The notes beneath the pieces are model-generated. The model was not told where the DNA came from. It searched no databases and worked only from the letters and a program-made list of their open reading frames with translations. Positions 1 through 12,209 of a DNA stretch of 64,000 nt are shown piece after piece; position 1 is the first letter of the stretch, and each line of letters starts with the position of its first letter. The position numbers and the translations under genes were made by a program. Source of the stretch: Scyliorhinus canicula (taxonomy: Eukaryota); assembly GCF_902713615.1 (NCBI RefSeq), contig NC_052147.1:196813764-196877763 (forward strand). The letters run 5' to 3'.

Positions 1-2708
1 GTGAGTTGCAGGAATTTCTAGATGTGTTGGAGTACCCGAGGTTAGGGGAGGGGGACAGGGCTACATTAGAAGGAGCAATAGTGGAGCAGGAGATAAAGGA
101 TGCGATTGGGAGGATGCAGTCGGGGAAGCCAGCAGGGCCGGATGGGTTTCCAGTGGAAAATTATAAAAATTCAAGGATAAACTGGCGCCCCTGATGGTGA
201 GGATGTTTGAAGAGATGATGGGGAAGAGGGTGTTGCCACAAACTTTGGGGCAGGAATCGATTTCCCTGTTGCTAAAAAAAGATAAGAATCCAACGGAGTG
301 TGGGTCGTATAGGCCCATATCACTTCTGAATGTGGACGCAAAAGTATTGGCGAAGGTACTGGCAGGTAGGCTGGAGGAGTGCCTCCCGAAGGTGATAGGT
401 GAGGATCAGACGGGGAGGCAGTTCTTTTCGAACATTAAGAGGGTATCAAACGTCGTTATGGCACCGGCGGAGGGGAAGGAAACATAAGTGGTTGTGGCAT
501 TGGATGCTGAGAAGGCGTTTGACCGGGTAGAATGGGGGTACTTGATTGATGGCAGTTCTGGAGCGGTTTGGGATTGGACCAAGATTTGTGAACTGGGTAA
601 AGCTGCTATATAAGGAGCCGAGGGCGAGTGTCCGCACAAAAGACATCAGCTCGAGATACTTTTCTCTCCACCGTGGGACGAGGCAGAGATATCCTATGTC
701 CCCTCTGCTGTTTGCACTTGCGATTGAGCCGTAGGCCTTCGTATTAAGAAGTTCGGGAGCATGGAAAGGAGTATTGCCGGGGGGGGGGGCATAGGGTGTC
801 CTTATATGCCGACGACTTGCTGTTATACGTGTCGGAACCGTGTGTATCAATAGGGGGAATATTGGAGCTGCTTCGAGTATTTGGGCCTTTCCCGAGGTAC
901 AAGCTGAATCGAGACAAGAGTGAGTATTTTGTGGTGTCTCGGCCGGGGTTGGGGGCCGGGGTGGGGGGGCTACCATTCCGTAGGACAGGGACTCACTTTA
1001 GGTACTTGGGGGTGCAGGTTGCCCAGGAGTGGGAGGGGGCTTCACAGGTACAACATCTCTAGCTTGGTGGGGAGAGCGAAAGCTGATCTGGCAAGGTGGG
1101 ATGGTCTCCCTGTCACTGGCGGATCGGGTACAGACGGTTAAAATGAATGTGCTGCCGCGATTTCTGTTTATTTTTCAATGTCTACCGATTTTCTTGCCAA
1201 AGGCTTTTTTCAGAGAGACTGAGGGAAGGATTACCTCGTTCATATGGGCAGGGAAGGTGGCCAGAGTGTGAAAGGTGCTGCTACAGAGGGGAAGGCAGGC
1301 AGGGGTTTTGGGTCTTCCAAACTTGATGTATTACTACTGGGCAGCGAATGTGGAGAAGGTGCAGAGCTGAGTCAGAGGGGTTGATTCCCAGTGGGCCAGA
1401 ATGAGGAGAGTTTGTGCAGGGGGTCGAGACTGAAAGCACTAGCAATAGCACCACTCCCGATAGCCCCGGGGAAATACTCAGGGAGTCCAGTAATAATAGC
1501 TTCATTGAGAATTTGGAGGCAGTTTCGCCAACACTTCGGGTTGCGGGCAGGGTCAAGGGAAACGCCAATTCAGGAAACCATAGATTTGAGCCAGGGAGTT
1601 GGGATGGAAATTTTCGGAAATGGGAAGAAAAGGGGATTAAGACGCTAAAAGATTTGTTTTTTAGGGGTCGGTTTGCAGGACTGAAGGAGCTGGAAGCGAA
1701 GTATGGGCTGGAGCGTGGGGAAGTGTTTAGATACATGCAGGTTGGAGATTTTGCCAGAAAGGAGATACAGAGCTTCCTGGTGGAACCAGCCTCCACATTG
1801 CAGGAGGAGTTGCTGATGACAGGGGGACTGGAGAAGGGGGTAGTGTCAGCGGATTATGGAGCTATTTTGGAAAAGGAGAAGGAACCACTGGAAGGGATCA
1901 AAGCAAAGTGGGAGGAAGAGTTGGTAGAGGTTATGGAGGAGGGGTTCTGGTATGAGGTGCTCCGGAGAGTGAACGCCTCCACCTCATGTGCGCGGTTGGG
2001 GCTGAAGCTGAAGGTGGTATACAGACACACCTCACGAGGGCGAGGATGAGCCGATTCTTTGAAGGAGTAGAAGATGTGTGTGAGCGTTGAAGAGGGGGGG
2101 GTCCCGCTAATCACGTTCATATGTTTTGGTTCTGTCCAAAGCTAGAGGATTACTGGAAGGAGGTTTTTAGGATAATTTCCAAGGTGGTGCACGTGAAGCC
2201 ATATTTGGGTGTCGGACCAGCCGGGGTTGAAAATGGGTGTAGAGGCAGATATCGTAGCCTTCGCCTCGTTGATCGCCCGAAGGCAGATCCTGTTGGGATG
2301 GAGAGCAGCCTCTCTACCCTGTGCCCTGACATGGCGGGGGGGACCTGTTGGAATTCTTGACTCTTGAGAAAGTTAAGTTTGAACTGAGGGGAAGGATGGA
2401 GGGGTTCTACAATTCATGGGCATTATTCATTATGCACTTTCAAGAACTGGATAACATCGAACATTCGTTTGGGGGGGGGGGGGGGGGGGGTGGGGGGAGG
2501 GGGGCTGTGTGTATTAAGGGTGACTATGGGTGATTCCTGATTCCTTTTTGTCATTTGTTTATCTAAACATGCGGGCTTTGGTGGGAGGATGGGATCATTG
2601 TTACTGATATGGGGATTGACATATTTGTTGCTGATTATTGTTTATTGTTGGTGGGTGTAAATTTGGGAGAAAATGTGAAAAAGGAGAATAAAAAATATTT
2701 TTAAAAAA
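1..2708 (+). mobile_element. L1-clade LINE, 3' part (ORF2 RT + C-terminal Cys-rich domain, 3'UTR, A tail); frameshifted, runs off window start
   Basis: ORF pieces carry PAGPDGFP, YRPISLLNVDAKVLAKVLA, RGTRQ..PMSPLLFALAIEP, LYADDLLL and MFWFCPKL; G-rich 3'UTR; AATAAA and A-rich end at ~2687-2708. Confidence 0.95.
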
Positions 2709-3130
2709 GTTTCTTCCAAGTTTTGTTCAACATGGAGCAGCAGTGATACTTCAGCTGAGGGAGGACAGTAGATTGCAATCTTTTGGGTTCCCTTGTCCAT
2801 GTTTGGCCTGATGCTATGGGACTTAAGGAGTCTGGAGTCACTGTTGAGGATTCCCACAACCATTCCCTCCTCACTGCATTCCAATGTACTGTCACCTCTG
2901 GTGGATTGGTCCTGCCAATAGGACTGTACATACTCAGGGATGCTGCTTCAGGGGTCTAAGCTACGATTCTCCCCTTATGTCAGGCTGTTGTTTAACTAGT
3001 TTGTACCACAGCTTTACCACTCTGGGCATATGTTCCCAGATGTAAGCCAGGAGAACTTTGCAGGGTCAACTGGGAAGGTTTTCCCTTTATCATTTCCAGT
3101 GCCTAAGTTGATGCCAGATGGTCCATTTGA
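2709..3130 (-). mobile_element. Old CR1/L2-group LINE fragment (APE endonuclease N-terminus and 5' region)
   Basis: Minus-strand translation IYCPPSAEVSLLLHVEQNLEE resembles the YRPP motif region of CR1-group endonucleases. Confidence 0.6.
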
Positions 3131-3154
3131 TTTAATTCTTACTCCCATGTTCTG

Positions 3155-3360
3155 TAAAATACAGTGGATGCTGGAAAGAAAATGCTAGAAATACTCAACA
3201 AATCTCACAGCATCTGTCGATCGAGAGAGAGAGAGAGAGAGTGTTAACATGCCAGGTCATTGTCCTTTCATCAGTCACTGACCTGAAACATTAACTGTCT
3301 CGTTCTCAGTGTGCTACCTAACTCTGTTGAGAATTTTAGGCACTTACTTTTTTTTTATCT
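3155..3360. mobile_element. Penelope-like element terminal remnants in inverted arrangement, with decayed hammerhead core
   Basis: GGATGCTGGAAA..GAAATACTCAAC..CAGCATCTGT..(GA)n..GTTAAC..CCTTTCATCAG followed by an inverted counterpart (TGACCTGAAACATTAACT...); minus strand reads CTGATGAAAGG... Confidence 0.6.
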
Positions 3361-4053
3361 CTGGAACATCAGCCCAGACCTCTGGATTACTAGTTCAGTA
3401 ATAATCCCACAATGTTACAATTCCACTAAACCTATGTATTTTCCCAACCTTTTTGTCATATGCCCTAAGATCTCCTGTTGTGACTCAAGTGTCCTATTTG
3501 GTTTTCTAGTGCCTCTGTGAGACGCCCTGATGTTTTTTTCACATTAAAGGCGCTTTAAAAATGCTAGCTGCTGATTCAAGTAAGAATAATCATTTTTCAT
3601 GGAACTAGCAAAAGAAAATTGTTCATTAAAAGAAATAAACAAGATTTTCCAGAGCTCACACAGTGGCCCCCGCAAGGGTATTTGGTTTTTGTCCCTTTCT
3701 GCCTGGTTAATGGTTAATTTTCTGGAGGCAATTCGTGTGATTTGATAAAATAAGGCCCTCTCGATCGAGCAATGCCCGGCAGAAATTGGGCAAGGGCGAG
3801 TCAATGGAATCAAAGGTTCACAGAACCCCAGCAGCGGGAGCGTGGTGGCAGCTTCTGCTGAGTTTGTGGCCCTTGAGCAAACGACTGAGAAGTTGGTTAG
3901 CTCTTGACCGATTAATTTAATCAGCAGCGACAGGTGGTCATTGAGGATCTGGTGAAGACAATGGAGAGGCTTTGGCCCCAATTCGGGCAGCCATGGACAA
4001 GATGGACCAGCAGATTGAGGTACTTGAGGCAACAATAAAGAAGGTTGAGGTGG

Positions 4054-4190
4054 GGGCGGCACGGTGGTGCAGTGATTAGCATGCTGCTTCATGGTGCTGA
4101 GGGCCCAGATTCAATAGATGGATTAGCCACACTAAATTGCCCCTTAAGTGGAAAAAAAAAGAACTGGGTACTCTAAATTTATTTACAAAA
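4054..4190 (+). mobile_element. tRNA-derived SINE, internally deleted, A-tailed variant
   Basis: GGGCGGCACGGTGGTGCAGTGATTAGC head; A-rich end; perfect 13-bp TSD AAGGTTGAGGTGG (4041-4053/4191-4203). Confidence 0.9.
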
Positions 4191-4924
4191 AAGGTTGAGG
4201 TGGTGCTCTCTGACCACAGTGATCGCATTGCCTTCTTGGATGCAGAGATGGCAGTGCTGGCAGAGGAACAGAGGCTGCTAAAAGGCAAAAGGTTGACAAT
4301 CTGGAGAACCACTCCAGACGTCAGAATTTAAGGATCATCAGGCTGTCGGAGGGCCTGGAGGGCTCCACTATGGACTATTTGTCCAAGACGTTTGGAAAGT
4401 TGGCGTGGGTGGAGTCTTCTTGACAACTCCTGAGTTGGACCAGGCCCATTGGTCGCTGAGGCAGAAACCCAGATCGGGAGAGCTGCCTCAGGTGATTATA
4501 GTCAGGCTTCATCGATACCTGTATAAGGAACAGATCCTGAAGTGGGCAAGGGACCATCGAGACTGTAGATGGGACAGCTATGCGATCAGAATATATCAAA
4601 ATATTGGGGCAAAGTCGGCGAGAGGGCATGTGGTGTTTAATAAGGCAAATGCCGTGCTGTACAAGAGCAACTTGAGGTTTGGTGAGGTGTACCCAGCTCG
4701 TCTACGGGTATCTTCGAGGACAGAGACTATTATTTTGATGTGCTGGAGGATGCAAATGAGTTTGTCAGGAAGCACGGACTAGGGGTGAACTAAAGTACTT
4801 GAGGACTATGGAGTTTGTTGTTTGGTCGTTGTTAAGTTTGTATATATTTGTATCTTGTGGGAGATTTGTGTAACGTGGGGGAGGGAGTGGAGTTCTGCCT
4901 GGACTTGTTGGTGGGTGTTTTTTC

Positions 4925-5125
4925 AGTAAGAGGTCTTACAACACCAGGTTAAAGTCCAACAGGTTTGTTTCAAACACGAGCTTTCGGAGCACTGCTCCTT
5001 CACCTGAGGAAGGAGCAGTGCTCCGAAAGCTCATGTTTGAAACAAACCTGTTGGACTTTAACCTGGTGTTGTAAGACTTCTTATTGTGCTCACCCCAGTC
5101 CAACGCCGGCATGTCCACATCATGA
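4925..5125 (+). mobile_element. Short fold-back Penelope-derived element with minimal hammerhead ribozyme core
   Basis: ~78-bp inverted arms (4924-5001/5009-5086); CTGAGGA-A-GGAGC-agt-GCTCC-GAAA-GCTC at 5004-5032; 10-bp TSD GTGTTTTTTC (4915-4924/5126-5135). Confidence 0.85.
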
Positions 5126-5789
5126 GTGTTTTTTCTGGAGAAGTTGGGGTTTGTATATTGCACTGTTGAGTTTTATTTTGGGGGGAGGCTGCTGGGTGTT
5201 GTTTTTCTTCTCGGGTTCTGCATTAAAGTTTGGTTTACATAGGTTGGGGGGGGGGTTACGGTGGGGCTTGATATTTAATATATTGCTGTGTTGCCTTTGA
5301 TTTTTACCCTGTGCGCCGGTTCTAGCAGTATAGCTAGTTAATGGAAGTGGAGAAGGGAAGATGCCTGCAGCTTGTTATCTAGGATGGGGTGGGGGGTTTG
5401 TTATTCTGTTGGTGGTTTGGTTGGTTTTCAGAATGGGGGGAGACGGGGGGAGGGGGGGAAGGAAGAGATGACTGACGATGACAATTCCTTTGATTTGGGA
5501 CTGGCTTTAATGGAGGATGTGGCGGCCATCTTGAATGGGCCTTGGAGCTGGCGCAGGTTGAGGTACTGCTGGATTGCCTCAGGGTTTCTTTTTATATACT
5601 GGCGGACTCAGGTGGGAAGTACTTAATGGTCAGGGGAGCATTGGCGGGCACACCGGTGGTGCTGATCAATGCAGATGCACTGAACTGGGGTGAAACAGAA
5701 TTTATTAACGAAATGCTGGTGGCCATCCCAGATCTTGAGGTGGAGGTTTAAGTTTCTGAGGGATAAGGAGTTTTCTTTTTTCTCTCATG

Positions 5790-5987
5790 TCTACCAGACA
5801 CTAGGGGCAGTTTTAGCTTAGTCAATCCACCTAACCTGCACATATTTGGACTGTGGGAGGAAACCAGAGCACACGAAGGAAACCCCCGCAGACACAGGGA
5901 GAATGTGCAGTATCTGCAAAGACAGTGATCCAAGCCAGGGATCGAACCTGGGACTTGGAGCTGTGAAGCAACTGTGCTACCATGCTG
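5790..5987 (-). mobile_element. HE1/V-SINE-type SINE, partial
   Basis: V-core (rc of TGTGGGAGGAAACCAGAGCAC) and tRNA head B-box region. Confidence 0.85.
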
Positions 5988-7444
5988 AAGGTCTTCGCGG
6001 GGAAAACTTCACATCCTCACACGCAGGTTAAGCCTGAGCCAGATCAAGGTGGTGCACTGGGCACACCTGACTAGGGCGTTTATGAGTGGGTTCTTCTCAA
6101 ATGTGGAGGATAGGTGTGAGTGGTGTTCTAGGGGGCCAGCGAATCCCAAGCACATGGTTTGGTCTTCCCCAACTTGTCAGTTTCTGGGTCTCCATTTTTT
6201 GGTACAAAGTCAGGGATTTTAGCTGGAACCATGCCCGTTGGTGACCATTTCTGGACTGTTGGACTCGCCAGTGCTGCAGACAGGGATGAAGACATAGCTT
6301 AATATCTTAACCTTCATCTTGCTATTAGCCCAAGATGAGTTCTACTTAGGTGGAGGTCCCCAGTGCCACTGAAGACCTCGGCTTGGCTGGGGGACCTGAT
6401 GAAATTTTTGTACCTCAAGAAGCTCATGAGGGGCTCGGTGGAAGAGTTGGACAAGTTGGCAGCCCTTCACCTCTTTTTTCCAGGGAACTGGCTAATGTCA
6501 GTTGTTGGGGAGGGGCGGGGTTTTTCTTTTTAGTTGGGTTGAGGGTTTGGTAAGATGTTGTTTTCTTTGTGGGGAGGGCGTTTGCGGGGACTGGTGTGTA
6601 CTTTGGGAATAAAATGGTGTTGGGGTTGGTTGTACTGTTGAGTTTGTTATAATGAACATTTTGTTTGAATAAAAATATATATTTTTAAAAAGATTTTCTA
6701 AAGTGAATTTTATGCACATGTGCTCATACAGAACACCCTCTTAAACCCATTGGCAAGAGAAGTAATTTAACTCCACTTTTGCTTCATTAAAATTAAAGAT
6801 TTATTAGAAAGGAGGTCCACTGAAATGATAATTCTTCAATACCTTTCACCCACAAACTAACAGGAGAATCATTATTTGATGCTCTGGATTTGTGTGTAAC
6901 CTTCGTAATAAACACACACATAATGAAATGCATTGATCCATCGTACTGAGGGAATCAGGCCAGATCTGTTTAAAGAAGCAGCAATGATAAGATTTAGCAT
7001 CACAGATCACACTACAAGCTCTGTTCACTTATTAAACCTATTAATTTTAAACTTGATGTAGTTAAATACAATAATATACGGAAGAGAATTAATTTCAATT
7101 CTAGGCTACACTCCATGTTTTATTTGAAAATACTAGGGAAAGAATTTACAGAGAAAATAACTAGTAGTTAATTTTTTGTTTTAAAAACCATCTTCTTTGT
7201 CTCTATGGGGACCCTAAATAAATTCTTCCTACCCAGTAGATCCCTTCAATGAGATTAACGAGAGAGCATGCTCATACATCTTTGAAGAACTCCACTGGCA
7301 AGAGTTATTGCTTCAGCCTGACTCAACCTAGTTCAGGATCTGTCTAGCCTCAGGAAGCCTTGCGATCAGCTGAGAAACCTTATATTCTCAACACTCTGCA
7401 GGGGGCTCCCTTTGCTAATTATAATTAATAAGTTCTAGGATTTA

Positions 7445-7525
7445 TCATAGAATTTCATAGAATTTACAGTGCAGAAGGAGACCATTCAGCCCATCGAGTC
7501 TGCACTGGCTCTTGGGAAGAGCACC
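7445..7525 (-). mobile_element. HE1-type SINE 3' tail fragment
   Basis: CATAGAATTTCATAGAATTTACAGTGCAGAAGGAG... same tail as full copies in the window. Confidence 0.8.
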
Positions 7526-7717
7526 TAAAGGGCGAGATCAAAGTAATTCAGGGCAGGGAGATAGTTACCAGGTGCTGATAAAGCTGCCACTCCTAACATT
7601 TTCTGGAAAAGTAGTTATTTTCTTCTATATGAATTGCAAGTACTTAAAGCCCAAATTCCTTCTGAGATTATCCTCCTTTGAACAAGTGTTCTTCGCAGGT
7701 GTTCAAGTACAGTGAGT

Positions 7718-8061
7718 TCATAGATCATAGAATTTACAGTGCAGAAGGAGGCCATTCGGCCCATCAAGTCTGCACCGGCTCCTGGAAAGAGCACCCTACC
7801 TAAAGTTAACACCTCCACCCTATCCCCATAACCCAGTAACCCCACCCAACACTAAGGGACACTAAGGGCAATTTATCATGGCCAATCCACCTAACCTGCA
7901 CATCTTTGGACTGTGGGAAGAAACCGGAGCACCCGGAGGAAATCCACGCACACACGGGGAGGATGTACAGACTCCGCACAGACAGTGACCCAAGCCAGAA
8001 TCGAACCTGGAACCCTGGAGCTGTGAAGCGATTGTGCTATCCACAATGCTACCGTGCTGCC
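7718..8061 (-). mobile_element. HE1/V-SINE, full length, CR1-type tail
   Basis: tRNA-like head, V-core GGTGCTCCGGTTTCTTCCCACAG, tail ending ...CTGCACTGTAAATTCTATGA. Confidence 0.95.
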
Positions 8062-8605
8062 AGTTACAATACCTTTAAACCAATGCTTCAATTGTTCTGA
8101 TGCTATCTAAACATTTTCTTTCCAGCATCCGCTGTATTTTACAGAACATGGGAGTAAGAATTAAATCTAAACTTTTAGAGACTGTATTGTCTCTTTCTTT
8201 CTTGATGACTGCCTACATAACTGATGTGTAACCAGATTTAAATAATAAGGCTGCCATTTACAGCACAGCTGTTATAAATCTGAAATGAGGGGAGAACTAG
8301 AATTTTCTGGCCCCTTTGTGGATGAGCAGAGTGGTGGGAAGGTTGGCAAAATGGTATAGGATGGCATCGGAGGGGAGCCCCAGTGCCTTATTGCTACTTA
8401 ACAAATTTGCCAGCAGCAGGTTGACTGCTAGCTGGGGGCCCAACTGAGCCACTTAAGGGTCACTTCTGCCTCCATGTGCGTTTAGTCATTGTCTGGAGTG
8501 CCAGCCACACTCTGAAATCCTAAGGGTCTCAGTGACAATGACTCCCCCTGGAGGAGAAACGTTTCCATTCAGGGGTCCCCTCCTCACAGCTGTACTGATG
8601 GCCAT

Positions 8606-11600
8606 TGTTGTATGCTGGAAAGGAACAATTGTTGAGATATAGGTATGTCTGAGCAATAACTGGTTTATTGGATGAACATAACTTTAAACAGATATACAAG
8701 ACTATCCATGTTACTCAGTCTAAGCCATGAGCATTCTCCTTCTTGACCCTTGGTCATGTGTCTCTTACATCATCATGTGGGAGGTACTGTTTTCCCAGTA
8801 CCATATATTACCCAGTTCAACCCTGAACACAGTAATACTACATTTCTCCAAGTTTTTGTCCAATATTCTTTACATTTAGAATTACATACTGCTCCATCCA
8901 CCGCCCATGTTTCTGACTTCATGGATTCAATCGGTCAGGTTTCGTGATTCTCTGATTGTGTCCTTGTCAGACATAGCAGAAAGTTAGCAGGTTGACCGCT
9001 AGCTGGGAGTCGTCTCCCTTTGGACTTCTTTTCTTTGACTTGGTTGGCCTTTGTTAAGAGTTGCGGTACCTAATGAATTGGGAGTTTCAACTCTCAACAT
9101 CTGGTTCTCCCAAATGTATAATGGTTAGTTCTCTTATCTGGTCTAGACTTGATCCTCTTTTTCCTCTCCTTGCTGTTATACCTCTCTCAATCCATTGTTT
9201 CTCTCTCATGATTGGATTTTGTGAGTTTATCCCTCTCTTTGCATATTATAAATTCCCTTTTCCAGTCTGTTAAGATGGTTCCTTTTGACGGTGATTTTGC
9301 CCGGCTTTCCCGAGTTTTAGAGTGATGACCCCTTGTATCCTCTTGTTCGTGAACTTGTGGGTAATCCTGGACTGCTGTCTCTGGAAATAATTATTTAGAC
9401 AGGATAGGAAGCTGTGAGGAAGGCTCTCAATGAATAATTTGCTTTCTCTCAACTTCCAGTAACCCTGGTTTAGCAGTAAGGTTAGTGCCTTCCAAGGTGG
9501 AAGAGGTGGACACTATCAGGTTCAGCTCTATCTCTAATTCTTGTTTGACTGCCTATATTCTTGACCATCACTTGTAGGTGGATAGGTGTGGACACAGTCG
9601 GATGAATGTGGCATTGTATCAGTGTATTCTATCACCCCAGTTTCATCTTCCACCTTCTCAGCCAACTCCCAAAGTTGTAGGATCATGATCACATTCAGGT
9701 ACTCATTGGTCCAATTGGGTTATTACCTCTTTGGCATGAAGAAGTTTGCTCTCTGTCTCCTGAACATCTTCCTGGAAAAGGGCTTTACTATTGGCCTCTA
9801 CGAAGAGTGTCAAAAACTCAGCACTAATGCCCCAGTCCAGATCTTCAGTGCAGCTGAACAGCTTAAGGGGCTGAGATTTAGTCTCATTGATGGCTGTCTG
9901 TTGATTGAGATCCTCCACTGTCTTGATGAGTTTGAAGGCTACACAGACATTTCAGCTCAGATTAGAAAATTCCTAATTGCAAATAATATATGTTTCCATA
10001 TAATGAATCTGTTTGTGCCTTTATTGGACATTAACATTACATGCAACATGCCTACGAGTTATAGTTTGATCCCTTCTCAACCACATAACCGTGTTTCGGT
10101 TGGCCTCAGCCACTGTTCTTCGCTAAACAAGGCTGTTACACTTGCTCCTATATCCAATTTGATATTAATGATATGGGTATTGACACAAATATCTGCATTT
10201 CAGAATGTTTATCCGGGATCTTTGATCTCACCCATGGAACATTGTTGCTCCTCTAGTTCATTAGTGACCTTGGATGTTAAGATTCTCTCATTATCCTATG
10301 TGTATCTAGAGGTTTTAGTTCTCCACATATTTCCAAAGTGTCCAAATGTCTAACAATGAAAACATTCTGTAGTGCTTGCAGGACACTGTTCTCACCTATG
10401 TGGCTTTTTGGCACCACAACACTGGCATGGTTGAATGGTGTCTTGAACTTTTAGGGGTTTTCTGAGCCACGGTTTCTCTTCTTCAAGCATGGTTCTACTT
10501 TGTTTACGGGCCTCTGTTTGCCTTGCTGTTTACATTGCCTTCTCCAAAGTCAAGTCCTCTTTGGATTGCAGTATGTCAAATGGAGGTCATCAGTAACACT
10601 GACTACAATGCAGCCTCATATCAGCTCAGTTTTAAGAGCACTATATTCACAACATTCAGCCAGTCAATAGTTGTTGATAGATATCTACTAGTTCACCTGA
10701 TTTCGGGATCGTTTTGTTAATCTTGGTTCTTTCCTATTCCTTGTTACTCTGTAAATTAAAATAATTATCACAGACTTTTAAAGACTTCTTTGATTTTGTC
10801 TGACGTTTCATAAGACCATAAGACACAGGAGCAGAATTAGGCCATTCGGTCCATCGAGTCTGCTCCACCATTCAATCATGGCTGATATTTTTCTCATCCC
10901 GATTCTCCTGCCTTCTCCGCATAACCCCTGATCCCCTCATTAATCAGGAGCCTATCTATCTCTGTCTTAAAGACATTCAGTGATTTGGCCTCCACAGCCT
11001 TCTGCAGCAAAGAATTCCACAGGTTCACCACCTTCTGGCTGAAGAAATTCCTCCTCATCTCAGTTTTAAAGGATTGTCCCTTTATTCTGAGGTGGTGTCC
11101 TCTGGTTCTAGTTTTTCCTACAAGTACAAACATCCTCTCTACGTCCACTCTACCCATGCCTCGCAGTATCTTGTAAGTTTCAATAAGATTCCCTCTCATC
11201 CTTCTAAACTCCAACGAGTACAGACCCAAGGATCATTCTTGTGAACCACCTCTGGACCCTTTCCAATGCCAGTGCAACCTTCCTTAGATACAGGGCCCAA
11301 AATTGCTCACAATACTCCAAATGGGGTCAGAATAGAGCCTTATACAGCCTCAGAAGTACATCCCTGGTCTTGTATTCTAGCCCTCTTGACATGAATGCTA
11401 ACATTGCATTTGCCTTCTTAACTGCCGACTGAACCTGCACATTAACCTTAAGAGAATCATGAACAAGGACTCCCAAGTCCCTTTGTGCTTCTGATTTCCG
11501 AAGCATTTCCCCATTTAGAAAATAGTCTATGCCTAAGTTCCTTCTTCCAAAGTGCATAACCTCACACCTTTCCACATTGTATTTTATTTGCCACTTCATT

Positions 11601-12190
11601 CCCCACTTTCCTCACTTGTCCAAGTCCTTCTGCAGCCCCCTTGCTTCCTCAATACTATCTGTCCCTCTACAGATCTTTGTATCATCTGCAAACTTAGCAA
11701 CAGTGCCTTCAGTACCTTCTTCCAAGTCATTAATGTATATTGTTTCATTAATGCTTTATCTCGCTATATCATCTGCAATTGCTCCAATAGAGAACAAGGT
11801 CTCACCATAGTCACAGTACTCCACAATCCTCAGCTTTATTATGCAATTTGGATGCAATTCGGAATCTTAAAAATCGCTGTCTCCTAAGAGCTCAATTCTG
11901 TGTTTGATTTGGATGTACCTAAATCTGTCAGGCAATGTGAATTTGGAATCATAGCTGCTTTAAGCTTGATTTAAAAAAATCTTCTCTTGCAGTAATGGTG
12001 TTTTCTCATGCTGACTTGGCTTTCACTAATACCTGCTGAGGTCCCTGATCCTTTATGCCAATTGTTCCAAAACTTTGCAGAACTTTTAAACTAATCACTG
12101 GAAGTTACTAAGAAGCTTTGATCACTGCTTTCCTCCCATTGGGAAATCATATTTAAGCAATTTTTTTTTAAAAATTGCTGCTTGCAGGCC
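8606..12190 (-). mobile_element. Decayed Gypsy LTR retrotransposon (3' LTR 8606-8842, pol/gag remnants), interrupted by a CR1
   Basis: LTR with TGT...ACA ends and an adjacent purine tract; protease KLDIGASVTA (~10131-10160); gag knuckle QCPASTTECFHC*TFGHF (~10333-10388); gag-like IGAIADDI (~11765-11790); 5' limit uncertain. Confidence 0.75.
10812..11741 (-). mobile_element. CR1 (HER1-like) LINE 3' fragment
   Basis: WQIKYNVERCEVMHFG, LGVLVHDSLK, GLYSLEFRRMRGNLIETYKIL, RNFFSQKVVNLWNSL; repeated tail CATAAGAC; 7-bp TSD GTTTCAT (10805-10811/11742-11748); internal deletion near 11230. Confidence 0.95.
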
Positions 12191-12209
12191 ATGTGTAATG
12201 ATACCCACC

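Larger units (their letters stand above)
3650..6691 (+). mobile_element. L1-clade LINE, internally deleted (ORF1, inter-ORF, short EN fragment, ORF2 C-terminus, A tail); hosts 3 insertions
   Basis: ORF1 PELDQAHWSLRQKPRSGELPQVIIVRLHRYLYKEQILKWAR...VYPARLRV; EN fragment ADSGGKYLMVRG...IPDL; C-terminus VEDRCEWCSRGPANPKHM; AATAAA at ~6668; no RT core seen. Confidence 0.88.

Noticed and set aside
6843-6965. Minus-strand AG/GT-bounded segment
   Set aside because: All three frames from the best acceptor hit stops; alternative acceptors are weak.
3129-8167. 56-bp inverted pair as TIRs of a 5-kb transposon or as inversion ends
   Set aside because: The left copy is continuous with both its flanks, while the right copy has its own 8-bp duplication; this fits a small insertion.
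9586-10353. 255-aa + strand ORF
   Set aside because: Antisense to decayed Gypsy protease/pol on the minus strand; no recognisable domain.
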